Below, one piece after another: positions 1 to 8,716 of a stretch of 64,000 nucleotides of DNA. The notes under the pieces were generated by a model. The model had not been told where the DNA came from and did not search any database. It saw only the letters and a list, made by a program, of their open reading frames with translations. A program made the translations under genes and the position numbers. How positions within the stretch are numbered: the stretch's first letter is position 1; every line of letters begins with the position of its first letter. Origin of the DNA: an uncultured Pelagibacteraceae bacterium (GTDB lineage: Bacteria > Pseudomonadota > Alphaproteobacteria > Pelagibacterales > Pelagibacteraceae). Location: positions 52 through 64,051 of the forward strand of contig CACOJM010000007.1 of assembly GCA_902627565.1 (NCBI GenBank), given 5' to 3'.

Positions 1-1
1 T

Positions 2-286
2 GCAGCTGGATATATTTCAAATAATCTTTCTAATAAAAAAAATTTGAAGGAAACACTCAAAGATAGTCTAAAAGATTTAGATGGTTTTTACACTTTTATA
101 ACCGGCACAAAAGATGGTTTTGCAGTTTTAAGAGATGAAATTGCTTGTAAACCAGCAGTGATTGCTGAAACAGATGATTACGTTGCTATAGCATCTGAAT
201 TTCAAGCTATGGCACATCTTCCTGAAGTAAATAATGCCAAAATTTTTGAACCAGAACCGGGTATAGTTTATTCTTGGGGTAATTAA
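2..286 (+). CDS. glxB: Class II glutamine amidotransferase subunit of N-methylglutamate synthase (GlxB/MgsA), C-terminal part; 5' end outside window
   Basis: Frame is open from base 2. DGFYTF..RD..ACKPAVIAETDDYVAIASEF is typical of GlxB. It sits directly upstream of glxC/glxD. Confidence 0.85.
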   Translation, partial: AAGYISNNLSNKKNLKETLKDSLKDLDGFYTFITGTKDGFAVLRDEIACKPAVIAETDDYVAIASEFQAMAHLPEVNNAKIFEPEPGIVYSWGN

Positions 287-963
287 TGGAACTAGACTTA
301 AAAAAATTAGAATTAAGAAATGTTAACGATAAATTACAAAATCTCGATAGAAAAACTAATGAAAGAGATTTTACAATTACAAATCCTGAAGGAAACCATG
401 CAATATGTGCAGGATTAGATAAAGAAATGAATGTAACCATTAAAGGTCATGTTGGTTATTATTGTGCAGGAATGAATAAGAAGGCAACTATTACAATTGA
501 AGGAAATGTTGGTACAGGAGTAGCTGAAAATATGATGTCCGGAAAAGTTCATGTTAAAGGAAATGCCTCTCAGTCTGCAGGTGCTACAGCACACGGAGGT
601 CTTTTAATAATTGATGGCAATGCCAGCTCAAGATGTGGGATATCAATGAAAGGTGCAGACATTATTGTTAAAGGTTCAGTTGGCCATATGTCAGGTTTCA
701 TGTCTCAATCTGGGAACTTAATAGTCTGTGGAGATGCTGGTGAGGCATTAGGAGACAGTTTATATGAAACAAATATCTATATTAGAGGAAATGTAAAATC
801 ACTAGGCGCAGATTGTATTGAAAAAAAAATGGACAAAAAACATATCAATAAATTAAAAAAATTTTTAAAAGATGCTGAAATAAAAAACTATAAAGCAGAA
901 AGCTTCAAAAGATATGGTTCAGCAAGAAAGTTGTATAATTTTAAAATTGATAATAATTATTAA
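286..963 (+). CDS. glxC: GXGXG-domain subunit of N-methylglutamate synthase (GlxC/MgsB)
   Basis: Glycine-rich GltB C-terminal-type repeats (GHVGYYCAGMN, GNASQSAGATAHGG, RCGISMKG); operon context. Confidence 0.9.
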   Translation: MELDLKKLELRNVNDKLQNLDRKTNERDFTITNPEGNHAICAGLDKEMNVTIKGHVGYYCAGMNKKATITIEGNVGTGVAENMMSGKVHVKGNASQSAGATAHGGLLIIDGNASSRCGISMKGADIIVKGSVGHMSGFMSQSGNLIVCGDAGEALGDSLYETNIYIRGNVKSLGADCIEKKMDKKHINKLKKFLKDAEIKNYKAESFKRYGSARKLYNFKIDNNY

Positions 964-965
964 TT

Positions 966-2294
966 ATGAAAAAAAATAATAAAACTCACCCTAGACAATC
1001 TTGGACCTTCGATGAATATACAAATTCTGAAATTAGAAGAGCCGCAGCCACAGGTATATATGATATTAGGGGTGGAGGATCAAAAAGAAAGCTTCCTCAT
1101 TTTGATGATTTATTATTTTTAGGTGCTTCAATGTCAAGATATCCATTAGAAGGTTATAGGGAGAAGTGTACTACTAATGTTACATTGGGAACTAGATATG
1201 CAAAAAAACCATTAGAACTTGAGATACCAATTACAATTGCCGGAATGAGTTTCGGTGCATTATCCGGTGCAGCCAAAGAAGCTTTGGGAAGAGGTGCAAG
1301 TGCAGCTGGGACATCAACAACCACTGGTGATGGTGGTATGACTCCAGAAGAGAGAGGACAATCAAAATACTTAGTTTACCAGTTGCTACCGTCAAGATAT
1401 GGAATGAATCCTGATGATTTAAGAAAAGCAGATGCAATTGAAGTAGTCATAGGACAAGGTGCTAAACCTGGAGGTGGAGGAATGTTATTAGGTCAAAAAA
1501 TTAATGACCGTGTTGCAAAAATGAGAACTTTACCAAAAGGAGTTGATCAAAGGTCAGCTTGTAGGCACCCTGACTGGACTGGTCCAGATGATCTTAAAAT
1601 TAAGATTTTAGAATTAAGAGAGATAACTAAGTGGCAAGTCCCTATTTTTATCAAAATTGCAGGGGCAAGACCATACTATGATACAGCTTTAGCTGTTAAA
1701 GCTGGTGCAGATGTGGTTGTGCTTGATGGAATGCAAGGAGGAACAGCGGCTACCCAGGAAGTATTTATTGAAAATGTGGGACAACCTACCTTAGCATGTA
1801 TAAGACCTGCGGTTGATGCTCTTCAAGATCTAAACGTTCATAGAAAGGTTCAATTAATAATTTCTGGTGGAATAAGAAACGGAGCTGATGTTGCAAAAGC
1901 TCTTGCATTAGGTGCTGATGCAGTTTCAATTGGTAGTGCTGCTATGATTGCTATAGGAGATAATGATCCTAAATGGGAAAATGATTATAAAAAACTTGGT
2001 ACAACCGCCGGAGCATATGATGATTGGCATGAGGGAAATGATCCTGCAGGAATTTCTACTCAAAATCCAAAACTAATGAAAAGACTGGATCCTAAAAAAG
2101 CAGGAAAAAAACTTACTAATTACCTAAAAGTTATGACTTTAGAAGCTCAAACGCTTGCTAGAGCATGTGGTAAAAATAGTTTACATAATTTAGAACCTGA
2201 AGATTTGTGCGCTTTAACTGTAGAAGCTGCAGCTATGGCAAGAGTTCCTCTTGCTGGAAGTGATTGGATACCAGGAATAAAAGAAAAAAAATGA
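966..2294 (+). CDS. glxD: FMN-binding glutamate synthase family subunit (GlxD/MgsC)
   Basis: IAGMSFGALS, GQGAKPGGGG, RHPDWTGPDDL, ISGGIRNGADVAKALALGAD motifs. Confidence 0.92.
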   Translation: MKKNNKTHPRQSWTFDEYTNSEIRRAAATGIYDIRGGGSKRKLPHFDDLLFLGASMSRYPLEGYREKCTTNVTLGTRYAKKPLELEIPITIAGMSFGALSGAAKEALGRGASAAGTSTTTGDGGMTPEERGQSKYLVYQLLPSRYGMNPDDLRKADAIEVVIGQGAKPGGGGMLLGQKINDRVAKMRTLPKGVDQRSACRHPDWTGPDDLKIKILELREITKWQVPIFIKIAGARPYYDTALAVKAGADVVVLDGMQGGTAATQEVFIENVGQPTLACIRPAVDALQDLNVHRKVQLIISGGIRNGADVAKALALGADAVSIGSAAMIAIGDNDPKWENDYKKLGTTAGAYDDWHEGNDPAGISTQNPKLMKRLDPKKAGKKLTNYLKVMTLEAQTLARACGKNSLHNLEPEDLCALTVEAAAMARVPLAGSDWIPGIKEKK

Positions 2295-2328
2295 TTGCTA
2301 GGCATCTTTTTAATAATTAAGATTAAAT

Positions 2329-3654
2329 ATGCCAAAAAATTTATCTCAGATAGCAAAATCAAAAAAAATAAAATACTTTCTTATAAGTTTTGTAGACCTT
2401 TTTGGTGTTTTAAGATCCAAGCTTGTACCAGCTCAAGCAATAGGTGAAATGCAAAAGAATGGTGCCGGGTTTGCTGGATTTGCAACTTGGTTAGATATGA
2501 CACCAGCTGATAGTGACATGTTTGGTGTACCAGATCCCAATAGTTTAATTCAATTACCATGGAATAAAGAAATAGGCTGGTTAGCATCAGATCTATATAT
2601 GGATGGGAAACCTGTCAAAGCATCTCCAAGAATTATGCTTAAAGAACAAATTAAAAAATTATCACAAAAAAAATTACAAATGAAATCAGGTGTTGAGTGT
2701 GAATACTTTTTAATTTCCGATGATGGATCATCAATAGCTGATCTAAGAGATATTCAGTCAAAACCTTGTTACGATCAGTCAGCTCTGATGAGGAGATATG
2801 ATTTAATAAAAGAAATTTGTGACTGCATGCTTCAATTAGGATGGAAACCATATCAAAATGATCATGAAGATGCTAATGGCCAATTCGAGATGAATTGGGA
2901 TTATTCTGACTGTTTAATAACAGCAGATCGACATGTTTTTTTTAAATTTATGGTAAAAAGTTTAGCAGAAAAACATGGCTTAAGAGCTACCTTCATGCCA
3001 AAACCTTTTCATAATTTAACTGGAAATGGTTGTCACGCTCATGTTTCGGTATGGAACGGAAAAAATAACAAATTTTTAGATAAAAAAGATAAATTAGGTT
3101 TAAGTAAATTAGCTTATAATTTTCTTGGTGGAATAATAAGAAATGCTCAGGCACTGTCAGCATTTTTTAATCCAAGCATCAATAGTTATAGAAGAATTAA
3201 TGCACCTCCAACAAAGTCAGGTGCAACATGGTCTCCAAGTAGTATTTCATACACAGGTAATAATAGAACACACATGATAAGAATTCCTGATCAAGGTCGA
3301 TTTGAGTTAAGATTAATGGATGGTTCAGCTAATCCATACTTACTTCAATCTGGAATAATTGCTGCTGGTCTGGAGGGTATAAATAAAAAAATTAATCCTG
3401 GTAAACCATTATACTGCAACATGTATACAGATTATAAAAAATATCCAAATTTAAAAAAACTTCCTAATGATGTGAATCAGGCAATCAAAATGCTTGAAAA
3501 TAGTAAGTCACTTGCAGATGCTTTTGGAAAAGATGTAATACAAAGCTATGTAAAACTTAAAAAACAAGAAGTTAAAAATTTTAATAAAAAAGAAAATTTT
3601 AACAAAAAAAGACCTGTTACTCAGTGGGAAAAAGATAATACTTTAGATTGTTAA
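2329..3654 (+). CDS. gmaS: Type III glutamine synthetase-like gamma-glutamylmethylamide synthetase (GmaS/GlnT)
   Basis: GAGFAGFA, KPCYDQ, QNDHEDANGQFEMNW, TFMPKPF, NNRTHMIR motifs; adjacent to glxBCD. Confidence 0.88.
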   Translation: MPKNLSQIAKSKKIKYFLISFVDLFGVLRSKLVPAQAIGEMQKNGAGFAGFATWLDMTPADSDMFGVPDPNSLIQLPWNKEIGWLASDLYMDGKPVKASPRIMLKEQIKKLSQKKLQMKSGVECEYFLISDDGSSIADLRDIQSKPCYDQSALMRRYDLIKEICDCMLQLGWKPYQNDHEDANGQFEMNWDYSDCLITADRHVFFKFMVKSLAEKHGLRATFMPKPFHNLTGNGCHAHVSVWNGKNNKFLDKKDKLGLSKLAYNFLGGIIRNAQALSAFFNPSINSYRRINAPPTKSGATWSPSSISYTGNNRTHMIRIPDQGRFELRLMDGSANPYLLQSGIIAAGLEGINKKINPGKPLYCNMYTDYKKYPNLKKLPNDVNQAIKMLENSKSLADAFGKDVIQSYVKLKKQEVKNFNKKENFNKKRPVTQWEKDNTLDC

Positions 3655-3655
3655 A

Positions 3656-4789
3656 GTGAAAGGCTTAAAACATCTTAAAAGCTGGAAATACAAAAAATTA
3701 TTAAAAAATAATAATTATAGTTTCAAAAGAAATTATATTTTGAAATATCTCCCTTCCGCATTAATCACTAACGCATATAAATCAATATCTAGTTGGAAAA
3801 ATTATAGAGCAACACCTATTTTATCTCTTAATAAATTGAAGAATGATTTAAAGTTAAATAACATATTTTATAAAGATGAATCTAAGAGATTTCATTTAAA
3901 GTCCTTTAAAGCTTTGGGAGGAGCATATGCTGTTGAAAGAATATCTAAAGGGAAAAAAAATATTGTTATTTCATCGGCAACTGCTGGTAATCATGGCAGG
4001 TCTGTTGCTTGGGGTGCAAAAAGATTAAATTTAAAATGTAAAATTTTTGTAAGTCAATATGTAAGTCAAACCAGAGTTAGTGAAATAGAAAAGTTTGGTG
4101 CTGAGGTAATAAGAGTTAAAGGAAATTATGAAAATTCATTAGAGGAATGCAAAAGACAATCAAAAAAAAATAATTGGCAAATTGTTCAGGACGTCTCTAC
4201 TAAAAACTATAGATATATTCCACAACTCACTATGGCTGGTTATTCGATCATAATTAAAGAAATATCTAAACAAACAAATCATTACATAACACACATATTT
4301 GTTCAAGCTGGTGTTGGAGGGTTAGCAGCGGGCGTAGTTGCAGGGGTAGCAAAATATTTTAAAAGAGTCCCAAAAATAATTGTTGTTGAACCTGAAAGAG
4401 CAGATTGTGTACTTCAGAGTGTAAAAGCGAACAAACTAAAAAAAATAAAAATAAAAAAAGAGAGCATCATGGGTGGAATGTCATGTAATGAAATGTCACT
4501 TGTCCCATGGCAAATATTAAAAAAAGCTTCTAACTATTGTGTATCTGTTGCTGACGATAATGTAGCCAAAACTACAGCGATGCTAAAAGATAAAAAATTT
4601 AGCAGAAGTTCAATTATAGGAGGTGAATGTGCAACTCCTGGGATTATTGCTCTAATAGGTTTAGCTAACAATCTTAAAGCAAGAAAATCATTAAATTTAG
4701 ATAAAGATTCCAACATTCTTATCATTGGATGCGAAGGAAATGCAGATATAAAACTTTACAAACAACTGTTATTTATGGGCAGAAAATAA
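3656..4789 (+). CDS. dpaL: Diaminopropionate ammonia-lyase family PLP enzyme (true start may be downstream)
   Basis: KDESKRFHLKSFKALGG PLP-lysine motif, ATAGNHGRSVAWGA, THIFVQAGVG. Confidence 0.75.
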   Translation: MKGLKHLKSWKYKKLLKNNNYSFKRNYILKYLPSALITNAYKSISSWKNYRATPILSLNKLKNDLKLNNIFYKDESKRFHLKSFKALGGAYAVERISKGKKNIVISSATAGNHGRSVAWGAKRLNLKCKIFVSQYVSQTRVSEIEKFGAEVIRVKGNYENSLEECKRQSKKNNWQIVQDVSTKNYRYIPQLTMAGYSIIIKEISKQTNHYITHIFVQAGVGGLAAGVVAGVAKYFKRVPKIIVVEPERADCVLQSVKANKLKKIKIKKESIMGGMSCNEMSLVPWQILKKASNYCVSVADDNVAKTTAMLKDKKFSRSSIIGGECATPGIIALIGLANNLKARKSLNLDKDSNILIIGCEGNADIKLYKQLLFMGRK

Positions 4790-4797
4790 AAATTTTT

Positions 4798-6216
4798 ATG
4801 ACGAAAAATGCAATTACTTGGATTAGAGAAGATTTTAGAATTGAGCATAATCCCGCTCTTGCTTATGCTACTCAAAATCATGAAAATGTAATTGCCTTAT
4901 ATATCTATAATAAGATTGACTTTGATAATAAAAGAGAGGCACAAAAATGGTGGCTTTCTAAATCTTTAGAAGTATTCAAATCAGAATTATCTAAATATAA
5001 GATAAATCTTCAGATTTTAGAGGGAGACGAATTAGAAGTATTTTCTAAAATAAAGAAAAAAGATGATATTTCAATATATTGGAATAAAATTTATGAGCCA
5101 GACGTGATTGCCAAAGGAAAGAAAATAAGAGATGTCCTAGAAAAAAATAATATAGAATTTAAGTATTTTAAAGGAAATATTTTAAATGAATTTCAAGAAG
5201 TGACAAAAAATGATGGAACCCCGTTTAAAGTATTCACCCCTTTTTGGAGAAATGCTGAACAAAAATTTTTAGGCTTACCTCCAAGTAAAAATTACATCGT
5301 TAAGAAGAAAACTAAGACTCTAACTTTATTTAAAAATTGTATAGAACCAACCAAAATTTTACCAAAAAAAAATTGGTATAAAAAATTTGAAAATTATTGG
5401 AATGTGTCAGAAGATGATTCAAAAAAAATTTTGAATAATCTAATTAAAAATAAGATAAAAGACTATGGAACTGCTAGAGATTATCCATCTATTGAAGGTA
5501 CATCAAAATTATCACCTTACATAAAGCATGGACAAATTCATGTTAACACAATTTGGAATAAGTGTAAGGGGTTGAAAACTAAAGGGATAGGATATAGAAA
5601 ATATATCAATGAATTGGGTTGGAGGGAATTTTCACACAGTTTAATCAATTATTTTCCAGAGTTTTTGAAAGGTAATTTTAGAAAAGAATTTGATAAATTT
5701 CCATGGGTAAAAAATGATAAATTTCTTAAAGCTTGGAAAAATGGAATGACTGGATATCCAATTGTTGATGCTGGAATGCGAGAACTATATGAAACTGGCT
5801 GGATGCACAACAGAATAAGAATGGTTGTAGGATCTTTTTTAGTAAAACATCTAAGAATAAATTGGACTGAGGGTGAAAAACATTTTAGAAATTGTTTATT
5901 AGATTTCAATAAAGCTAATAATGTTGCACAGTGGCAATGGGTTGCTGGTTGTGGAGCAGATGCTGCTCCCTATTTTAGAATATTTAATCCAATTCTGCAG
6001 GGGGAAAAATTTGATAAGGAAGGTACTTATGTTAAAAAATGGGTTACAGAATTACACAAAGTTCCATCAAAATTTATTCATAAACCCTGGGAAATGGAAA
6101 CAAAATACCAACAAGCAATCAAGACTATAATTGGAAAAGATTATCCAAAACCAATTGTAATTCACGAAGAAGCTAGAAAATTAGCTCTTTCCGCTTTTCA
6201 AACTCTTAAAAAGTAA
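4798..6216 (+). CDS. phrB: Deoxyribodipyrimidine photolyase (class I)
   Basis: WIREDFR, TSKLSPY, ELGWREF, TGYPIVDAGMREL, WMHNRIRM, WQWVAGCGADAAPYFRIFNP. Start moved to the ATG at 4798, after the dpaL stop. Confidence 0.93.
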   Translation: MTKNAITWIREDFRIEHNPALAYATQNHENVIALYIYNKIDFDNKREAQKWWLSKSLEVFKSELSKYKINLQILEGDELEVFSKIKKKDDISIYWNKIYEPDVIAKGKKIRDVLEKNNIEFKYFKGNILNEFQEVTKNDGTPFKVFTPFWRNAEQKFLGLPPSKNYIVKKKTKTLTLFKNCIEPTKILPKKNWYKKFENYWNVSEDDSKKILNNLIKNKIKDYGTARDYPSIEGTSKLSPYIKHGQIHVNTIWNKCKGLKTKGIGYRKYINELGWREFSHSLINYFPEFLKGNFRKEFDKFPWVKNDKFLKAWKNGMTGYPIVDAGMRELYETGWMHNRIRMVVGSFLVKHLRINWTEGEKHFRNCLLDFNKANNVAQWQWVAGCGADAAPYFRIFNPILQGEKFDKEGTYVKKWVTELHKVPSKFIHKPWEMETKYQQAIKTIIGKDYPKPIVIHEEARKLALSAFQTLKK

Positions 6217-6223
6217 CACTAAC

Positions 6224-6466
6224 TTATTTTTTCATAGATTTACTTGCCCACCATTTGTCTAAAATAAAATACCATATAGCATTAGCCAATGGTTCAACAA
6301 TAGCATCAGTTAAGGCAATAAAAAAAGTGACGTCAGCAACAATCATCAGTACTGTAATTGCTATAATGAAATGCCCTATAGTATAGATAACAGTTCTGAG
6401 TATTGAGCCTTTATTATTTTGAAAAATATTTTCGGCTGTTTTAAATACACCTTTAGTTAATTCCAT
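6224..6466 (-). CDS. Small membrane protein, DUF2061-like
   Basis: 80 aa with two hydrophobic helices; ALTDAIVEP..N..WYFILD..W pattern. Confidence 0.6.
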   Translation of the reverse strand: MELTKGVFKTAENIFQNNKGSILRTVIYTIGHFIIAITVLMIVADVTFFIALTDAIVEPLANAIWYFILDKWWASKSMKK

Positions 6467-6510
6467 TTTTATAAAAAAAATAGATTGTATTAATTAATTA
6501 GAGTAATTAA

Positions 6511-6687
6511 TTAACTCTGCGAACAAACATCCTTAATTACGGGTACATTAGCACAATCAGAACATTTAGTTTTCTGTACTATACATCCGTTATCAAGAAC
6601 TTTTACATCTACTACTCTATCGCATTTAGAACAAATAGATGAAACTGTTAATCCACATTTTTTACAGCTATAGTTTTGTGTCTCCAT
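6511..6687 (-). CDS. 58-aa Cys-rich putative metal-binding protein (not in ORF track)
   Basis: Manual translation: METQNYSCKKCGLTVSSICSKCDRVVDVKVLDNGCIVQKTKCSDCANVPVIKDVCSQS*. Eight Cys, three CxxC. It fills an otherwise unexplained gap. Confidence 0.75.
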   Translation of the reverse strand: METQNYSCKKCGLTVSSICSKCDRVVDVKVLDNGCIVQKTKCSDCANVPVIKDVCSQS

Positions 6688-6693
6688 AACTAT

Positions 6694-6721
6694 AGAATAA
6701 TTTTAAAAAAATATTTTACAA
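6694..6721 (-). promoter_or_regulatory. Putative sigma70 promoter for the Cys-rich ORF, probably leaderless
   Basis: Minus strand reads TTGTAA-N16-TATTCT-N6-ATG; no Shine-Dalgarno. Confidence 0.4.
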
Positions 6722-6737
6722 CTTTAAAGTAAGTGAA

Positions 6738-6781
6738 TGATAATCAATCTCAATTTTTTTTTGAGAATGATTATTATTATC
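6738..6781. promoter_or_regulatory. Pair of Fur-box-like sites arranged as an inverted repeat
   Basis: TGATAATCAATCTCA (6738-6752) and GAGAATGATTATTATTATC (6763-6781; 16/19 match to GATAATGATAATCATTATC). Confidence 0.6.
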
Positions 6782-6808
6782 TCTTTTTTATAAGGAAAAT
6801 TTTTTTTA

Positions 6809-7228
6809 TCATTCACCAATAAAATGATGGATAATTTTTCTTTTTTTCTTATCAATACGATGTTCAAATAAATAAATTCCCTGCCATGTTCCAAGTAATA
6901 ATTCTGTATTTTTTATACTTAAAGAAATTTGATTATTTGTTAATGCAGATTTAATATGAGCTGGCATATCATCTTTTCCCTCCGTGCTATGAATATATAA
7001 TTCCTTATTCATTGGAGCTAAATTGTCAAAATAATTTATTAAATCAGTTTGAACATCTGGATCTGCATTTTCTTGTACAATTAAAGATGCGCTAGTATGT
7101 TGAATACTTAAATTTACAATACCATTTTTAAACTTATTTCTTTTAATCCATTCAATGGTTTGATCTGTAAATTCATATAATTTTTGACCGTTAGTTGTTA
7201 TCTCAAGATTAAAAAATTCTTGTTTCAT
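6809..7228 (-). CDS. yjbQ: YjbQ family (secondary thiamine-phosphate synthase) protein
   Basis: HTSASLIVQENADPDV, DDMPAHIK, LGTWQGIYLFEH. Confidence 0.9.
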   Translation of the reverse strand: MKQEFFNLEITTNGQKLYEFTDQTIEWIKRNKFKNGIVNLSIQHTSASLIVQENADPDVQTDLINYFDNLAPMNKELYIHSTEGKDDMPAHIKSALTNNQISLSIKNTELLLGTWQGIYLFEHRIDKKKRKIIHHFIGE

Positions 7229-8283
7229 TATTTATATTCTTTAGACGTTAGTTCATATAAACGGCTAATAGTACGTTTAAATTGATTTTCTAAAATTTGT
7301 GACGAAATAAATTTATCTAAATTTTGACTAGCTGTAACAGCAATTGGTATACTTTTATCATATATAATATCGATCAATGTAATAAATCTATGTTGTTGAT
7401 TTGAATTTATTTCATCAAATTGTGGGATATTTTCAATAACAATAAAATCTGATACTTTTGCTATTTCCAAATAATCTTCTGCTCCTAAATTTTGATCACA
7501 CAAATCTTTAAAGTAAAATCTACAAATTCTCTCATAGTAATTTTTTATTTCAAAATTTCTTCCTTTAATATTTAAAGTTTTATTATGCTTCATTTTATTT
7601 TTAGTAATAATTCTAAAAAATTTATTTATTTTAAAATTCGTTTCCTGGTTTAATGGGAAAAAATACCTTTGTTTCTTATTTTCATTTGATTTTCGATAAT
7701 CATCTTCAATTTTAAGTTCATGTTCAAAAGATCTTTTCTCCATAATATTTATAAATGGTTTAAATTGGTCTCTCTGAAGACCTTCTTTATATAGTTCTGA
7801 TATTTTGGTATTGGAGGTTAAAATTATCTTAATATTTTCTTTAAATATCTCATCAAATAATTTTCCTAAAATCATAGCATCTGCAATGTTGGTAACTTGA
7901 AATTCATCAAAAAATAATAAAGAAACTTCTAATTTTAAATTTTTTACAAATAAATTTATAACATTTTGATCATTTTTATTTTTTCTTTCATGAGCAAAAT
8001 CATGAAAATTTAACATAAATTCATTAAAATGAAGTCTTTTTTTCTTCTCTTGAATTTGATTAAAAAAAAAATCCAAGATCATTGTTTTTCCAACTCCAAC
8101 ATCGCCATAGAGATAAAAACTTTTCTTATGATTTTTTTTATAAAAAAAATTAAGAACAAATGACCTAAAATTTTTATTATAGTAATCTTGCAATTTTTTT
8201 ATAACTAAGATTTGATTATGATTAATTTCTAAGTTTTTAGAATTACAATAAAAGTTAAACTTTTCTTCAAGGTTTTTTAACAT
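7228..8283 (-). CDS. zapE: AFG1/ZapE family ATPase
   Basis: YLYGDVGVGKT Walker A, HFNEFM, FDEFQVT..ADAMIL, RFITLID, RTISRL. Confidence 0.9.
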   Translation of the reverse strand: MLKNLEEKFNFYCNSKNLEINHNQILVIKKLQDYYNKNFRSFVLNFFYKKNHKKSFYLYGDVGVGKTMILDFFFNQIQEKKKRLHFNEFMLNFHDFAHERKNKNDQNVINLFVKNLKLEVSLLFFDEFQVTNIADAMILGKLFDEIFKENIKIILTSNTKISELYKEGLQRDQFKPFINIMEKRSFEHELKIEDDYRKSNENKKQRYFFPLNQETNFKINKFFRIITKNKMKHNKTLNIKGRNFEIKNYYERICRFYFKDLCDQNLGAEDYLEIAKVSDFIVIENIPQFDEINSNQQHRFITLIDIIYDKSIPIAVTASQNLDKFISSQILENQFKRTISRLYELTSKEYK

Positions 8284-8714
8284 TAATCTTTTTTAGTCTT
8301 AAAATCGACTCCGTATTCTGATCTTGATCCTTTTCTTAGCCCAAATGGACCTGGTATAAAAATAGTCATTGGTTTAGTTCCTGGTTTAAGTTCAACTCTG
8401 TGAAAGGCATTTGCAGATCTAAAACCAATATAGCCAGGCTTTCTCCAGAACCTTCCGTATTTTGTTATTTCCCAATACCCCCCTTTTAATATAATTGTTA
8501 TATAAGGACAAAGATGATTATGAACACCATCACCATGATCATCTGCGAGCATTTCATGTATTAAAATATTAAATGGAAACCATTTAGGTCTATGTCTGAA
8601 TAAAACGTAATAACGATTCATCCAAGGTTTAGCTAAATCAAATCTTGGATGAGATGGACCTCTATCTAAAACAATTTTTTTTCTACCGATTTTATCTAAA
8701 AACTCTAAAATCAT
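8283..8714 (-). CDS. Cupin-fold hypothetical protein
   Basis: HNHLCPYITIILKGGYWE and FHRVEL resemble cupin metal-binding motifs 1 and 2. Confidence 0.6.
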   Translation of the reverse strand: MILEFLDKIGRKKIVLDRGPSHPRFDLAKPWMNRYYVLFRHRPKWFPFNILIHEMLADDHGDGVHNHLCPYITIILKGGYWEITKYGRFWRKPGYIGFRSANAFHRVELKPGTKPMTIFIPGPFGLRKGSRSEYGVDFKTKKD

Positions 8715-8716
8715 AA

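Noticed and set aside
2329-3654. Annotation as ordinary glutamine synthetase GlnA
   Set aside because: Motifs and glxBCD context indicate the GmaS/GlnT subfamily.
4729-4797. N-terminal extensions in the ORF track for phrB, alc (16342), speB (22024) and potD (29015)
   Set aside because: They overlap upstream genes or promoters. Downstream ATGs fit family N-termini, signal peptides or RBS better.
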